Assembly: GCA_015064585.1 (NCBI GenBank) | Contig: SVRY01000006.1 | Location: forward strand, 2,209 to 66,208 | Direction: 5' to 3' | DNA length: 64,000 nt | Source: Oscillospiraceae bacterium | Lineage (GTDB): Bacteria; Bacillota; Clostridia; Oscillospirales; CAG-272 | Part shown: positions 1-9,521 of the stretch, piece by piece | How positions within the stretch are numbered: the first letter of the stretch is position 1 | Layout: each line of letters opens with the position of its first letter | Notes under the pieces: model-generated | The model's database searches: none | What the model saw: only the letters and a program-made list of their open reading frames with translations | Told to the model about the DNA's origin: nothing | Position numbers and translations under genes: made by a program

Positions 1-20
1 ATGTAAATTTTAGCTTTTTA

Positions 21-73
21 CAATCCCTCCGTCACGGCGTTTCCGTGCCACCTCCCTTTACATCAAGGGAGGC
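21..73. repeat. REP-like double-hairpin intergenic element
   Basis: Two adjacent hairpins: CACGG-cgttt-CCGTG (33-47) and CCTCCCTT-tacatc-AAGGGAGG (51-72). The layout resembles clostridial intergenic palindromic repeats. Only one copy is in this window. Confidence 0.5.
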
Positions 74-129
74 GTTTTTGTTTCCCTGCAAGTACGCACT
101 TACTCACCACCAGCGGTGGTTGTGCGAAA

Positions 130-179
130 TAAAACAATTTACCGCCGAGAGTGACCGAACGGTTACCCTCGGCGGTGAT
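130..179 (-). terminator. Rho-independent terminator of the ECF sigma gene
   Basis: ACCGCCGAG...CTCGGCGGT stem directly after the stop at 182, followed on the minus strand by a T-rich tract. Confidence 0.7.
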
Positions 180-181
180 CC

Positions 182-1735
182 TTATTTCAAGACAACATAT
201 GTTGTAGGCATTTCAAGAGGATGCCAAGCTGTGCTTAACACTTGTCTATCCATAAGAATTGTTGCGGGAATACATACTGCATTAACAAACTTATCCATAG
301 AAGCAATGCCATTAACTTGATTTTGTAAATGCTTGGGTGTATGAGCACTTAAAATCTTAGCGGCGCTTCGATCAAGCTCTTGAATAACAGATATAAGTTC
401 ATTGGATATAAACGCTTGCACCATATCCACAACAGCGTTATATTGATCAAAGGTATATATCGGAATGGTTGCTCTGTATGTTTCGTTTTCCTTGATAACA
501 TATCCCTTTTTTATCATTTCCGCAATGGCTTCAAGATCATATTCGCTGAGAGCCATTTTGCTACCACGGCAGATATCACAGAAAATATTGATATAACGTT
601 CGTTGCCGTAAAAATCATGGTGATCGCCTTTTCCTTTAACGTCTTTCCAATAGTCAAAGAAATACAGACGGTCTCCGTGGTTGCTGTCTACATCGCAAAT
701 ATTGAATATATGCTTCTCATTCAGTTTTTCCACACACCAAAGAAAAGCCGGTTCGCCCCATGCAGTTTTCGGAGCATCCGATGTTTTTCGGCAATACCCA
801 CTGAAGATCATTCGGAACAACGCAACAGTCAACTGCCAACGCAATGTGTTCTCTGAAAAATCACTTCCAATAAAACCGATCGCTTTATATTCCTTCACAT
901 TTGCACTTATAAAAGATTCCATTTTGTTAGCTATCGGTTCGTGATACTTTGTAACAGCGCGCTCAATCTCGTCGGCACATTCGGCCGTAATAATGATTAT
1001 GTTCGCTTTATAATGCTTCCCGTCTTTGACGATAATCATCCTATTTTCAAGTTCCTTGATTTCGTCATCAAGATACGGAAGCGGGATGCCGGTTTCGAGA
1101 CTGATCTGCTGAACGGTAAGTGCGTCATTGTAGCAAGCGCTAACAATGTTCTGCTTGATCTTGCTCTGCATAAACTGCCCGAATTGGTTTGGACCCTGAC
1201 CATTGTACAGGGGGATCAATGTTTTTGGATTATAACTGAGTTCTCCAAGATTTCTTTCCATACTCATTCCTTCTTTCAGCATTTTTCTTGATTTGAAAAG
1301 CAGATATTTTGCCATACTTTCGGAAATGGCAAGCGCAGATGAAATTTCAGAACAAGAACGTCCATGAATGTAGTAAAGGATCGTCGCCTTTCGATATTTT
1401 TCGGACAGCAAAGCAAGTTCACGCCTTAGAAGATAGATATCACTGCCGTTGTCTTCGATGAAATCATCCTCTGCAGGAATATTGTCTGTCAGTTCGCAGG
1501 TATTGTTTTTCAGTTTCTTTCTGTACCACTGCTTATAAACATTTCCTGCAACTCCCCACATGAAAGCGTAAAATGCACGGTCATCACGGATATTCTCAAC
1601 CGATTTGATGAGTTCACAGAGAATATCTTGGGACAGATCTTCAGCTTCTTCCCGTGTAGGAGTTTTTGCCATACAGTACGAGAAGATCGTTTTGGACACT
1701 TCCGCTATCTTTTCATGGAGTTCGATTTCCTTCAT
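182..1735 (-). CDS. ECF-type sigma-70 factor with long C-terminal extension
   Basis: Region 2 motif EAEDLSQDI..FYAFMWGVAGN and region 4 motif LSEKYRKATILYY..SCSEISSALAISESMAKYLLFKSRKML lie in the first ~160 aa. SD AAGGAGGTG upstream. Confidence 0.88.
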   Translation of the reverse strand: MKEIELHEKIAEVSKTIFSYCMAKTPTREEAEDLSQDILCELIKSVENIRDDRAFYAFMWGVAGNVYKQWYRKKLKNNTCELTDNIPAEDDFIEDNGSDIYLLRRELALLSEKYRKATILYYIHGRSCSEISSALAISESMAKYLLFKSRKMLKEGMSMERNLGELSYNPKTLIPLYNGQGPNQFGQFMQSKIKQNIVSACYNDALTVQQISLETGIPLPYLDDEIKELENRMIIVKDGKHYKANIIIITAECADEIERAVTKYHEPIANKMESFISANVKEYKAIGFIGSDFSENTLRWQLTVALFRMIFSGYCRKTSDAPKTAWGEPAFLWCVEKLNEKHIFNICDVDSNHGDRLYFFDYWKDVKGKGDHHDFYGNERYINIFCDICRGSKMALSEYDLEAIAEMIKKGYVIKENETYRATIPIYTFDQYNAVVDMVQAFISNELISVIQELDRSAAKILSAHTPKHLQNQVNGIASMDKFVNAVCIPATILMDRQVLSTAWHPLEMPTTYVVLK

Positions 1736-1996
1736 ACGCTCACCTCCTTCATATTTTTTAGAAGCTTCTGCCTTAATAGTGAAAGAAAAATGATTTGGTT
1801 AATATATTTTTTGAAAATATTATATCATAAATTTGTGAATCCGTCTATACACAAGATTTATGGCAACAAATCAGTGCTTGCAAAGAAAAGAAGACAGAGA
1901 GTGTAAAAACATTCTCTGTCTTTATCCTGTTGGTAAGTAACGAACTCTAAAAACGGTCCTTTAGAACACGCACCATAGGCAACAGATTTTTTTGTT

Positions 1997-3070
1997 TTAC
2001 CATATCAAACGGTCCAACCAATTGGTTAAATGTTGGAAGCAATACGCCAAAATCAGCGTGCTTACAACGCAAACAATGAAATAGAGGGGAATACTATAGG
2101 TCAGCAATCCTACCTCTCTGAAAAGAATATAAGGAATGCGCTGCAGAATATAGATCGGGAAGGTGTATTTGCCCAACCATAAAAGAACCTTGTTGCCAAA
2201 TGTCAGCTTTTCTGCCAGCAAAATAAAGAAAAAGGCAACTGCGAGGGCATAAAAATTGTACAGAAGATTACACACAACATTTTCATGTCCTGTACATAAG
2301 ATGGCAAAAACAGTACCGACTGCAACACAGAGGATCAAAGAGAAAATATAGTTCTTTTTGCTTTTGCGGATAAAGGCGAAGAAGTGATTTTTGAAATGAG
2401 AAAACCACATGCCTACCACAAAACAAAATACAGTATTATAAAAACGGGAAGAATTGTTGGGGGAAAGACAAATCAAAAGGATATATATTCCCACAAGAGC
2501 GGTCATTATGGAAAGGCTGCGGATCGGCTTTTTTTCATCGTAACGGAAAAAGGCAATGAACACAATGATATATAAGCAAAATGTGGTGAACATAAACCAG
2601 TTGCTGTTTCCGATGGACAGCTTTGACCATCCGATCAGCGAAGTTAATATTTTTAACGGCTTATCGGGACGCTTGAATACAATTCCCATGATGATAAAGA
2701 GAATTAACGCTAAATCAAAATGGAAGAGAACTTTTAAAAAGCGATTTTTAAAGATGGATCGCGCATAACTTTGCTTCTTTTTGGAAATTTGTTCCATCAT
2801 GCCGTAGCCTGAAAAGAAGAGGAAGGTGGCTACTACCGTCTGCCCCATAATAAACCGTGCAGTACCGTAGGCTGTATTGGGCAGGGAGGTTAAATATTTT
2901 CCTGCATACTGATAAAAGTGAGTCAGCATAACCATCAGCACAAAAATACCGTTGATTGAGGTCGTTACGGCAGGTGCCAGTGGATTTTCGCCCTTGGCTC
3001 TTTTGCGAACACCGATAAACAAGATGCCAAAACACAGAATGAATAAAAAAATCAAGACAGTTTCCTCCAA
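1997..3070 (-). CDS. Acyltransferase family 3 (OafA/YrhL-like) integral membrane protein
   Basis: Multi-TM protein with GIFVLMVMLTH, VATFLFFSGYG, WFM and LGKYTFPIYILQ motifs; TTG start. Confidence 0.8.
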   Translation of the reverse strand: MEETVLIFLFILCFGILFIGVRKRAKGENPLAPAVTTSINGIFVLMVMLTHFYQYAGKYLTSLPNTAYGTARFIMGQTVVATFLFFSGYGMMEQISKKKQSYARSIFKNRFLKVLFHFDLALILFIIMGIVFKRPDKPLKILTSLIGWSKLSIGNSNWFMFTTFCLYIIVFIAFFRYDEKKPIRSLSIMTALVGIYILLICLSPNNSSRFYNTVFCFVVGMWFSHFKNHFFAFIRKSKKNYIFSLILCVAVGTVFAILCTGHENVVCNLLYNFYALAVAFFFILLAEKLTFGNKVLLWLGKYTFPIYILQRIPYILFREVGLLTYSIPLYFIVCVVSTLILAYCFQHLTNWLDRLIW

Positions 3071-3116
3071 ATGCTGAATCTGCGAAAAGAATCACATAAA
3101 GTGGGCTATTGGTAGA

Positions 3117-4082
3117 TCAAGTCCACCACATATCCGAAGCGTTTTCGAAAATGATGAGGTCTTTTAAGAAGGAGACAGCCTTTTCAAGCCCTTCTTTGGG
3201 TGCCATGAGGGGATCTTCGTGCTCGATGCTGATAATGCCGTCATAGCCTGCGGCCTTGAGCTGGGAGATGATATCTGCCCAAACTTCGCGGCTGTGACCG
3301 TAACCCACCGTGCGGAATTCCCAAGAGCGAGCAGTAATATCACCGTAGCCTGAGGTGTCAAGTACCCCTGTCACACCGGTGTTGAGTGCGTCGATCTTGG
3401 TGTCTTTTGCGTGGAAATGGTAGATAGCACCTTTCAGATAACGGATTGCTGCCACAGGATCGATGCCCTGCCAAAACAGATGGCTTGGGTCAAAGTTGGC
3501 ACCGATGATGTCTCCGACAGCCTCGCGCAGCCGCATCAGCGTGGGAGGGTTGTACACCATAAAGCCGGGGTGCATTTCAAAGGCGATATGGTTTACTTGA
3601 TGTGCTTTACAAAATTCAGCTTTTTGGCGCCAGTAGGGAATGAGTACTTCATTCCATTGCCACTGCAAAATGCGTTTATAATCATTGGGCCAGGTACAGG
3701 TGACCCAGTTAGGGTTTTGACTTTCGGGACAATCGCCGGGACAGCCTGAGAAACCTACGATCGTATCAATGCCCAGCTGCTCTGCCAGCAGGACTGTGTT
3801 GTCAAAATCATTTTCAAAACGGTTTGCAATTTCCTTGTTGGGATGCAAAGGATTGCCGTGGCAGGCAAGGGCTGGCAGCTTCATGTTGTATTTTGCAAGC
3901 AGTTTTTTCAGATGCTCAATTTTTTCGGGATGGGCGAGGAAATCAGCCGCGTCGCAGTGCGCTTTGCCGGGATAACCGCCGCAACCCAGCTCCAGGGCTT
4001 GCACGCCAATAGAGGACAGATATTTTATCATTTCTTCAAGGGAAATGCCGCCAAGCACAGGAGACATTACGCCGAGTAACAT
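3117..4082 (-). CDS. Sugar phosphate isomerase/epimerase (xylose isomerase-like TIM barrel)
   Basis: Metal motifs FEMHPG, NFDPSHL, HFHAKD and SIEHED. Start moved to MLLGV after SD AAGGA. Confidence 0.88.
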   Translation of the reverse strand: MLLGVMSPVLGGISLEEMIKYLSSIGVQALELGCGGYPGKAHCDAADFLAHPEKIEHLKKLLAKYNMKLPALACHGNPLHPNKEIANRFENDFDNTVLLAEQLGIDTIVGFSGCPGDCPESQNPNWVTCTWPNDYKRILQWQWNEVLIPYWRQKAEFCKAHQVNHIAFEMHPGFMVYNPPTLMRLREAVGDIIGANFDPSHLFWQGIDPVAAIRYLKGAIYHFHAKDTKIDALNTGVTGVLDTSGYGDITARSWEFRTVGYGHSREVWADIISQLKAAGYDGIISIEHEDPLMAPKEGLEKAVSFLKDLIIFENASDMWWT

Positions 4083-4203
4083 AGAATCATTCCTTTCAAA
4101 TATAGTAAAGCTTTGATCAAACTTTTTCAAAAATTTGCAGATTCTTAAGACGGATTCTTAAGTCGCACTTCGCAAAGTGCGAAATTCTGCTGTCTTGTGT
4201 GTA

Positions 4204-4920
4204 TTAGTGTCCTTGCTCAGGCGACGGTGCCCAAGGGCAGGGGATACGGTAACGCACGGGATTATATGCCCAACGGATAGCGTTTTTGATAATACGCTGT
4301 ACGTGATCGTTGTGGAAGGAGGGATAATCCTCGTGACCCGGTTGAAAATAGAAGATCCGTCCGTTTTCCCGTCTGAAGGTTACACCTGCGCGGAATGCTT
4401 CGCCGCCTGCAAACCAACCGAGGAAAATTACTTCATCCGGTTCGGGAATGGCAAAGGGCTCCCCATACATTTCTTCGTGTTCCAGCTCAAAGTATGCGGG
4501 GATACCTGCGGCAATGGGATGCCCCGGTGATACTGTCCAAATGCGTTCTCGATCGTTTTCACGCCAGTGCAGATTGCAGGTAGTACCCATCAGACGGCGG
4601 AAAACTTTACTGTGATGTCCCGAATGCAATGGGATAAACCCCATGCCGTCCAGCACTCTTCGCCAAACACGCTCCACCACTTCGTCCGGAACCAGATGAT
4701 GCCCCATATGTCCCCACCAAAGAAGCACATCGGTATTTTCCAGTACTTCTTCGGTAAGACCGCATTCGGGATCGTCCAAGGTCACTGTGTAAACGGTTAA
4801 GTCTTGTTCGGATTTTAGAAAGCTTTGGATGTGTGCATGGATTCCTTCGGGATACAAACGCTTGGCTTCTCCATCATACTTTTCATGGAGAAATTCATTG
4901 AATATCGTAACGCGGATCAT
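4204..4920 (-). CDS. ThuA-domain (trehalose utilization) protein
   Basis: MIRVTIFNEFLHE, DVLLWWGH, GMGFIPLHSGH, EEMYGEPF and FYFQPGHE motifs. Confidence 0.88.
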   Translation of the reverse strand: MIRVTIFNEFLHEKYDGEAKRLYPEGIHAHIQSFLKSEQDLTVYTVTLDDPECGLTEEVLENTDVLLWWGHMGHHLVPDEVVERVWRRVLDGMGFIPLHSGHHSKVFRRLMGTTCNLHWRENDRERIWTVSPGHPIAAGIPAYFELEHEEMYGEPFAIPEPDEVIFLGWFAGGEAFRAGVTFRRENGRIFYFQPGHEDYPSFHNDHVQRIIKNAIRWAYNPVRYRIPCPWAPSPEQGH

Positions 4921-4924
4921 ACCG

Positions 4925-5266
4925 TTAAGCCATTGTGTCGGACAGCTGTCTGCCGCCGAGAATGTGGAAATGCAGATGCGGCACGCTTTGGCAGGCATCG
5001 GACCCGCAATTAGAGATTACGCGGTAACCGCCGGTAAGACCTGCGCTTTGCGCAATTTCGGGAATTTTAGTGAAAAGGTAAGCTACTACATTGGCATTTT
5101 CGGCGTTGACGCCGTCCACGGAAGGAATGTGACATTTGGGAATTACAAGAATATGGGTGGGGGCTTGGGGATTGATATCATGGAAAGCTAAGATCTTTTC
5201 GTCTTCATATACTTTGTTTGACGGAATGATACCGTCGATGATTTTGCAGAAAAGGCAGTTGTTCAT
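4925..5266 (-). CDS. HIT family (histidine triad) nucleotide-binding protein
   Basis: CLFCKI N-terminus and Q-S-V-P-H-L-H-F-H triad. Confidence 0.95.
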   Translation of the reverse strand: MNNCLFCKIIDGIIPSNKVYEDEKILAFHDINPQAPTHILVIPKCHIPSVDGVNAENANVVAYLFTKIPEIAQSAGLTGGYRVISNCGSDACQSVPHLHFHILGGRQLSDTMA

Positions 5267-5408
5267 AATTAAGACTCCTTTTTAATCTTTTTCCTTATTA
5301 TACCACGCTGTAACTGAAAATTCAATTGTTTTTTTCAAAGAACGATTGACATTTTACTGCAGTATGGGTATAATAGGGGAAAAGAAAAGAAAACGGAGAA
5401 TCAATATC

Positions 5409-5612
5409 ATGGTCGTAACCAAAGAAAGCATTATCGGCGATGTTTTGGACGCAGCTCCCGAAACCGCAAAATTCTTCCTTGAGATCGGTATGCACTGCCT
5501 TGGCTGTCCTTCTGCCAGAGGCGAAAGCATTGAAATGGCTTGTGCCGTACACGGAACCGATGCCGATGAACTGATCACGCGTATCAACGATTACTTGGCA
5601 ACCAAGGACTAA
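5409..5612 (+). CDS. DUF1858-type small protein
   Basis: GMHCLGCPSARGESIEMACAVHG signature; SD GGAGA. Confidence 0.85.
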   Translation: MVVTKESIIGDVLDAAPETAKFFLEIGMHCLGCPSARGESIEMACAVHGTDADELITRINDYLATKD

Positions 5613-5670
5613 AGAAATGGGGCGCATGCCCTTTTTCTTTTCATAGAATTTTTATACAGAAAGAGGACCC

Positions 5671-6351
5671 ATGAAACATATTATACCGGATGCCAGACTG
5701 CAAATGGTGGCAACGCTTGTACCCAAAGGTGCGCGCCTTGCCGATATAGGCAGTGATCATGCCTATTTGCCTGTTTATCTGATTCAGTCAGGAAAAATTA
5801 CCCAAGCGCTAGCTACCGATGTGAATTTCGGACCCATTGAGCGTGCACAAAAAAATATTGCCCTGGCGGGACTGCGGGACAAGATTCAAACGAGAAGATG
5901 CGATGGACTTTGCGGCGTGGAGGATTTTGCGCCCGACACTGTTTCTATAGCGGGTATGGGGGGAGAATTGATCGTGTCAATTCTCGATAAAAGTGATTAC
6001 GTGAGAGAAAATGCTCCCCTTTTGATATTGCAGCCCATGACGCAGATCGCATTCTTGCGCAGATATTTGGCACAAAAGGGATATGATATATTCAGTGAGC
6101 ATCTGGTGCCTGATGAACACCGTATTTACCAAATAATCGTTTGCCGTTATCTGGCATTGCCCTCAAGAAAACTCGGGGCACTTGCCGAATTGGCAGGCGA
6201 AAAAACGAAGGACAGCCCGGTACTACCCGAATTGATGGCAAAGTTAAAGCGCCAGTATGCCGATATTATTGCGGGTAAGAAAATTGCGGGACAGTCCACA
6301 ACAGCCGAAGAAAGTATCCTGCAGGAGATTTTGGCATATGAAACACATTGA
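5671..6351 (+). CDS. trmK: tRNA (adenine22-N1)-methyltransferase
   Basis: ADIGSDHAYLP, GP, DGL, IAGMGGELI and LILQPM motifs; upstream of a Nif3 gene as is typical in Firmicutes. Confidence 0.92.
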   Translation: MKHIIPDARLQMVATLVPKGARLADIGSDHAYLPVYLIQSGKITQALATDVNFGPIERAQKNIALAGLRDKIQTRRCDGLCGVEDFAPDTVSIAGMGGELIVSILDKSDYVRENAPLLILQPMTQIAFLRRYLAQKGYDIFSEHLVPDEHRIYQIIVCRYLALPSRKLGALAELAGEKTKDSPVLPELMAKLKRQYADIIAGKKIAGQSTTAEESILQEILAYETH

Positions 6352-7105
6352 ATTATATGAAAAACTGGAACAGCTTTATCCGACGGTATTGCGATGCGAA
6401 TGGGATAATGACGGCATTATGTGCATGGCGGATCCGAACAGAGAGGTGCGCAAAGTACTTGTTACGTTGGATATCACCGAAAGCGCTGTAAAAAAGGCAA
6501 TTGACGAGAATTTTGATTTGGTGCTTTCCCATCATCCCTTGATCTTTCGGCGTGTTGCCCATTTGGATGTGAGAGAATCGGTGCCTCGCCGTCTTTTGAT
6601 GCTGGCGGCACATGGTATTACCGCGCTCTCCTATCATACACGCTTGGATGCCGCCAAAGGGGGCGTCAATGATATGTTGGCAAAAGCCCTCTGCCTTACC
6701 GATGTTGAACCTTTGATGGTGGATGGTGTACCCATGGGACGTATTGGCACTGCCGAAAAAGAATTTTCGCCCCAAGAATTGGCGCTGTATGCCAAAGAAA
6801 AACTGGGTTCCAGGCAGGTTGTTATGGCAGACGGTGGAAGGTTGGTGCGCCGCGTGGCAGTGGTAGGCGGCAGCGCGGAAGAAGGAATCGCTCCGGCAAA
6901 GTGCATGGGGGCGGAGGCTTTTATAACCGGCGAAGCCAAGTATCATACTCTGTCGGATGCTCATTTGGGGGGGATTACGGTGATTGCACTGGGACACTAC
7001 GAAACCGAGCAGCAGGTATGCTGTGCACTGGCGGATGCGGTAAAAGATCGGATTCCGGAAGCGGAAATTGAAATTTATCATGCAAATACTCTGATTCGCT
7101 TGTAA
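6338..7105 (+). CDS. Nif3-like dinuclear metal center protein
   Basis: EWDNDG, SHHPLIF, YHTRLD, ITGEAKYH and GHYETE motifs; start overlaps the trmK end. Confidence 0.92.
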   Translation: MKHIELYEKLEQLYPTVLRCEWDNDGIMCMADPNREVRKVLVTLDITESAVKKAIDENFDLVLSHHPLIFRRVAHLDVRESVPRRLLMLAAHGITALSYHTRLDAAKGGVNDMLAKALCLTDVEPLMVDGVPMGRIGTAEKEFSPQELALYAKEKLGSRQVVMADGGRLVRRVAVVGGSAEEGIAPAKCMGAEAFITGEAKYHTLSDAHLGGITVIALGHYETEQQVCCALADAVKDRIPEAEIEIYHANTLIRL

Positions 7106-7174
7106 AAAACACTTTACAAACAGAGAAAAAACGGCTATAATAAGAAGTAAGAAACTATACGGAGGAATTTACTC

Positions 7175-8281
7175 TTGATTATACAGTTGGATGAAGCAAA
7201 GCGCACTCTGACCGCACTTGAGGCAGATGTCAAAGAATTGGGAAATGCGCTGAAAATAGAATCACTGAAAGAAAAATTGGCAGAGCTTGAGGACCGCTCC
7301 AGTTCTCCCGAATTTTGGGCAGATCAGTCAAAATCGGGTAAGATCCTGCAGGAGATCAAGCGCTTGCGTGATACAATTGAAGAATATGACGGCCTTGTGA
7401 AAAAGCATAGCGATACATTTGAACTGTGCGAGATTGCCATTGAAGAAAATGACGAATCCTTTACCGAGGATATTCTTGCCGCTGTGCAGGAGATTGAGGA
7501 ACAGGAAGAGCGCATGCGCATAGAAGTGTTGCTTTGCGGTGAATACGACGGCAATAATGCCATTCTTTCTCTCCATCCCGGTGCAGGCGGTACGGAGGCG
7601 CAGGATTGGGCACAGATGCTCTACCGTATGTATACCCGCTGGGGTGAAAAGAGAGGCTTCAACGTAAAGCTTATTGACTGGTTGGATGGAGATGAAGCCG
7701 GGATCAAAAGTGCTACTATCATGGTGGAAGGAACCAATGCGTACGGTTATCTCAAGAGCGAGAACGGTGTGCACCGTTTGGTAAGAGTTTCTCCCTTTGA
7801 TGCTTCGGGCAGACGTCAAACCTCTTTTGCTTCGGTGGAAGTTATGCCTGAATTTACGGATGATGGATCTATTGAGATTCGGGAAGAAGATCTGGAAATT
7901 ACAACGCACAAAAGTAGCGGCGCAGGCGGTCAGCATATCAATAAGACCGAATCGGCAGTGCGTATTACCCATATTCCCACGGGTATTGTTGTAGGATGTC
8001 AGACCGAGCGCAGTCAGCTTCAGAACAAGGAAACTGCACTAAAAATGCTCAAAAGCAAGCTCATGGAGATCAAACAGCGTGAGCAATTGGACCGTATTGA
8101 AGATATCCAAGGCATCAAAACCAAAATTGAGTGGGGCGCTCAAATTCGATCTTATGTGTTTATGCCTTATACCTTGGCGAAGGACACGCGTACAGGATAT
8201 GAAGAGGTCAACATTTCTTCTGTTATGGACGGTAACATCGATGGCTTTATCAATGCTTATTTGAAAGCAAATTCCAAATAA
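7175..8281 (+). CDS. prfB: Peptide chain release factor 2
   Basis: SPF anticodon-mimic tripeptide (RVSPFD) and GGQ motif; continuous ORF from a TTG start with SD GGAGG. Confidence 0.97.
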   Translation: MIIQLDEAKRTLTALEADVKELGNALKIESLKEKLAELEDRSSSPEFWADQSKSGKILQEIKRLRDTIEEYDGLVKKHSDTFELCEIAIEENDESFTEDILAAVQEIEEQEERMRIEVLLCGEYDGNNAILSLHPGAGGTEAQDWAQMLYRMYTRWGEKRGFNVKLIDWLDGDEAGIKSATIMVEGTNAYGYLKSENGVHRLVRVSPFDASGRRQTSFASVEVMPEFTDDGSIEIREEDLEITTHKSSGAGGQHINKTESAVRITHIPTGIVVGCQTERSQLQNKETALKMLKSKLMEIKQREQLDRIEDIQGIKTKIEWGAQIRSYVFMPYTLAKDTRTGYEEVNISSVMDGNIDGFINAYLKANSK

Positions 8282-8297
8282 CGAAAGGACAAAGACT

Positions 8298-8546
8298 ATG
8301 AATGAAGATAAGAAAACATATAGTATAGGTCCCAGTGCCCTAATATTTTTTGGCTCCGCTATCGGAATGCTGATCAGTTTTGTGATTGCATTGAGCGGGA
8401 AAAAGAAAACCTTTGCCACTTTGGCATTTCTTCTTTCTTTCGGCGGTATGCTGTATGGTGCAATGCGTCAGATCGGTATTCTGAAAAGAGAAGAGGAAGA
8501 GCTTTTGACCATTGAGTTGGAAGAAGACGAAGAAGAAAATACTTGA
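8298..8546 (+). CDS. Small two-TM membrane protein with acidic tail
   Basis: SD AAGGA, two hydrophobic segments, followed by a terminator. Confidence 0.7.
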   Translation: MNEDKKTYSIGPSALIFFGSAIGMLISFVIALSGKKKTFATLAFLLSFGGMLYGAMRQIGILKREEEELLTIELEEDEEENT

Positions 8547-8566
8547 ATTCTTGATAATAACGGTAT

Positions 8567-8611
8567 AAGAGGCTGTTTCAAATCCATTTTAGGATTTGAA
8601 ACAGCCTCTTA
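8567..8611. terminator. Inverted repeat between convergent genes (bidirectional terminator)
   Basis: AAGAGGCTGTTTCAAATCC...GGATTTGAAACAGCCTCTT perfect stem. Confidence 0.75.
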
Positions 8612-8645
8612 CTGTTATCGTGAAGCCGCGCTGGCTGAATGGATA

Positions 8646-9521
8646 TTATTTCTTTTGCATTTCTTTATAAATATCGCTTTTCCCAACCCCGCGGTCGCGG
8701 GCGGCGGCTTTCATGGCATCCATACGGGAAAGTCCGTTTTGCTCATAAAAAGCAACATGCTCGGGAATGGTCATTTCAGCAAAGAACATTTCGCCCTTGG
8801 GTTTGGCACCGCCGAGGATCAGTACGTATTCACCGCGAGGGTCGGTTGTTTTGTAGTGCGCAACTGCCCCTGCAAGGGTGGTGCGCATGATTTCCTCGTT
8901 GCGCTTGGTTAGTTCTCTGCACAGTGCAATAGGACGATCTTTGCCCAAAGATGCTTCCATATCGGATAGAGAATCTTGCAGACGATGGGGAGCTTCGTAA
9001 AGGATCAAAGTTCGTTCTTCTCTTGCCAGTTCCGAAATCCGCTGTTGTCTTCCTTTTTTATCGGATGGCAAAAAACCTTCAAAAACAAATTTGCCGGTGG
9101 GAAGTCCCGAAAGGATCAATGCAGTAATTGCCGCACAGCAGCCGGGAACCGATGTGACAGTAATACCGTATTCGGCGCAAAGGCGCACCAAATCTTCGCC
9201 GGGGTCGCTGATGGCAGGCGTGCCGGCGTCGGTAACAAGGGCACAGGATTGCCCTGATTGCAGGCGCTCGGCAATTTCTCTTCCTTTTGCAGTTTTATTG
9301 TGTTCAAAATAACTGATAACCGGTTTGGAGATGCCCAGCAAGGTAAGTAATTTCATGCTGTTTCGGGTGTCTTCGCAGGCAACAAAATCCACTTCGCGCA
9401 GTACTTTTTCCGCTCTTTCGGAAAGATCTGCCAGATTTCCGATCGGTGTTGCTACCAAATACAAAACACCGGGCAATACTTTATTCTTTTCTTCTGCCGA
9501 TTGGTATACGGAATTGTTCAT
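8646..9521 (-). CDS. rsmI: 16S rRNA C1402 2'-O-methyltransferase
   Basis: LYLVATPIGNL, ACEDTR, DAGTPAISDPG, YEAPHRL and RELTK motifs. Confidence 0.96.
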   Translation of the reverse strand: MNNSVYQSAEEKNKVLPGVLYLVATPIGNLADLSERAEKVLREVDFVACEDTRNSMKLLTLLGISKPVISYFEHNKTAKGREIAERLQSGQSCALVTDAGTPAISDPGEDLVRLCAEYGITVTSVPGCCAAITALILSGLPTGKFVFEGFLPSDKKGRQQRISELAREERTLILYEAPHRLQDSLSDMEASLGKDRPIALCRELTKRNEEIMRTTLAGAVAHYKTTDPRGEYVLILGGAKPKGEMFFAEMTIPEHVAFYEQNGLSRMDAMKAAARDRGVGKSDIYKEMQKK

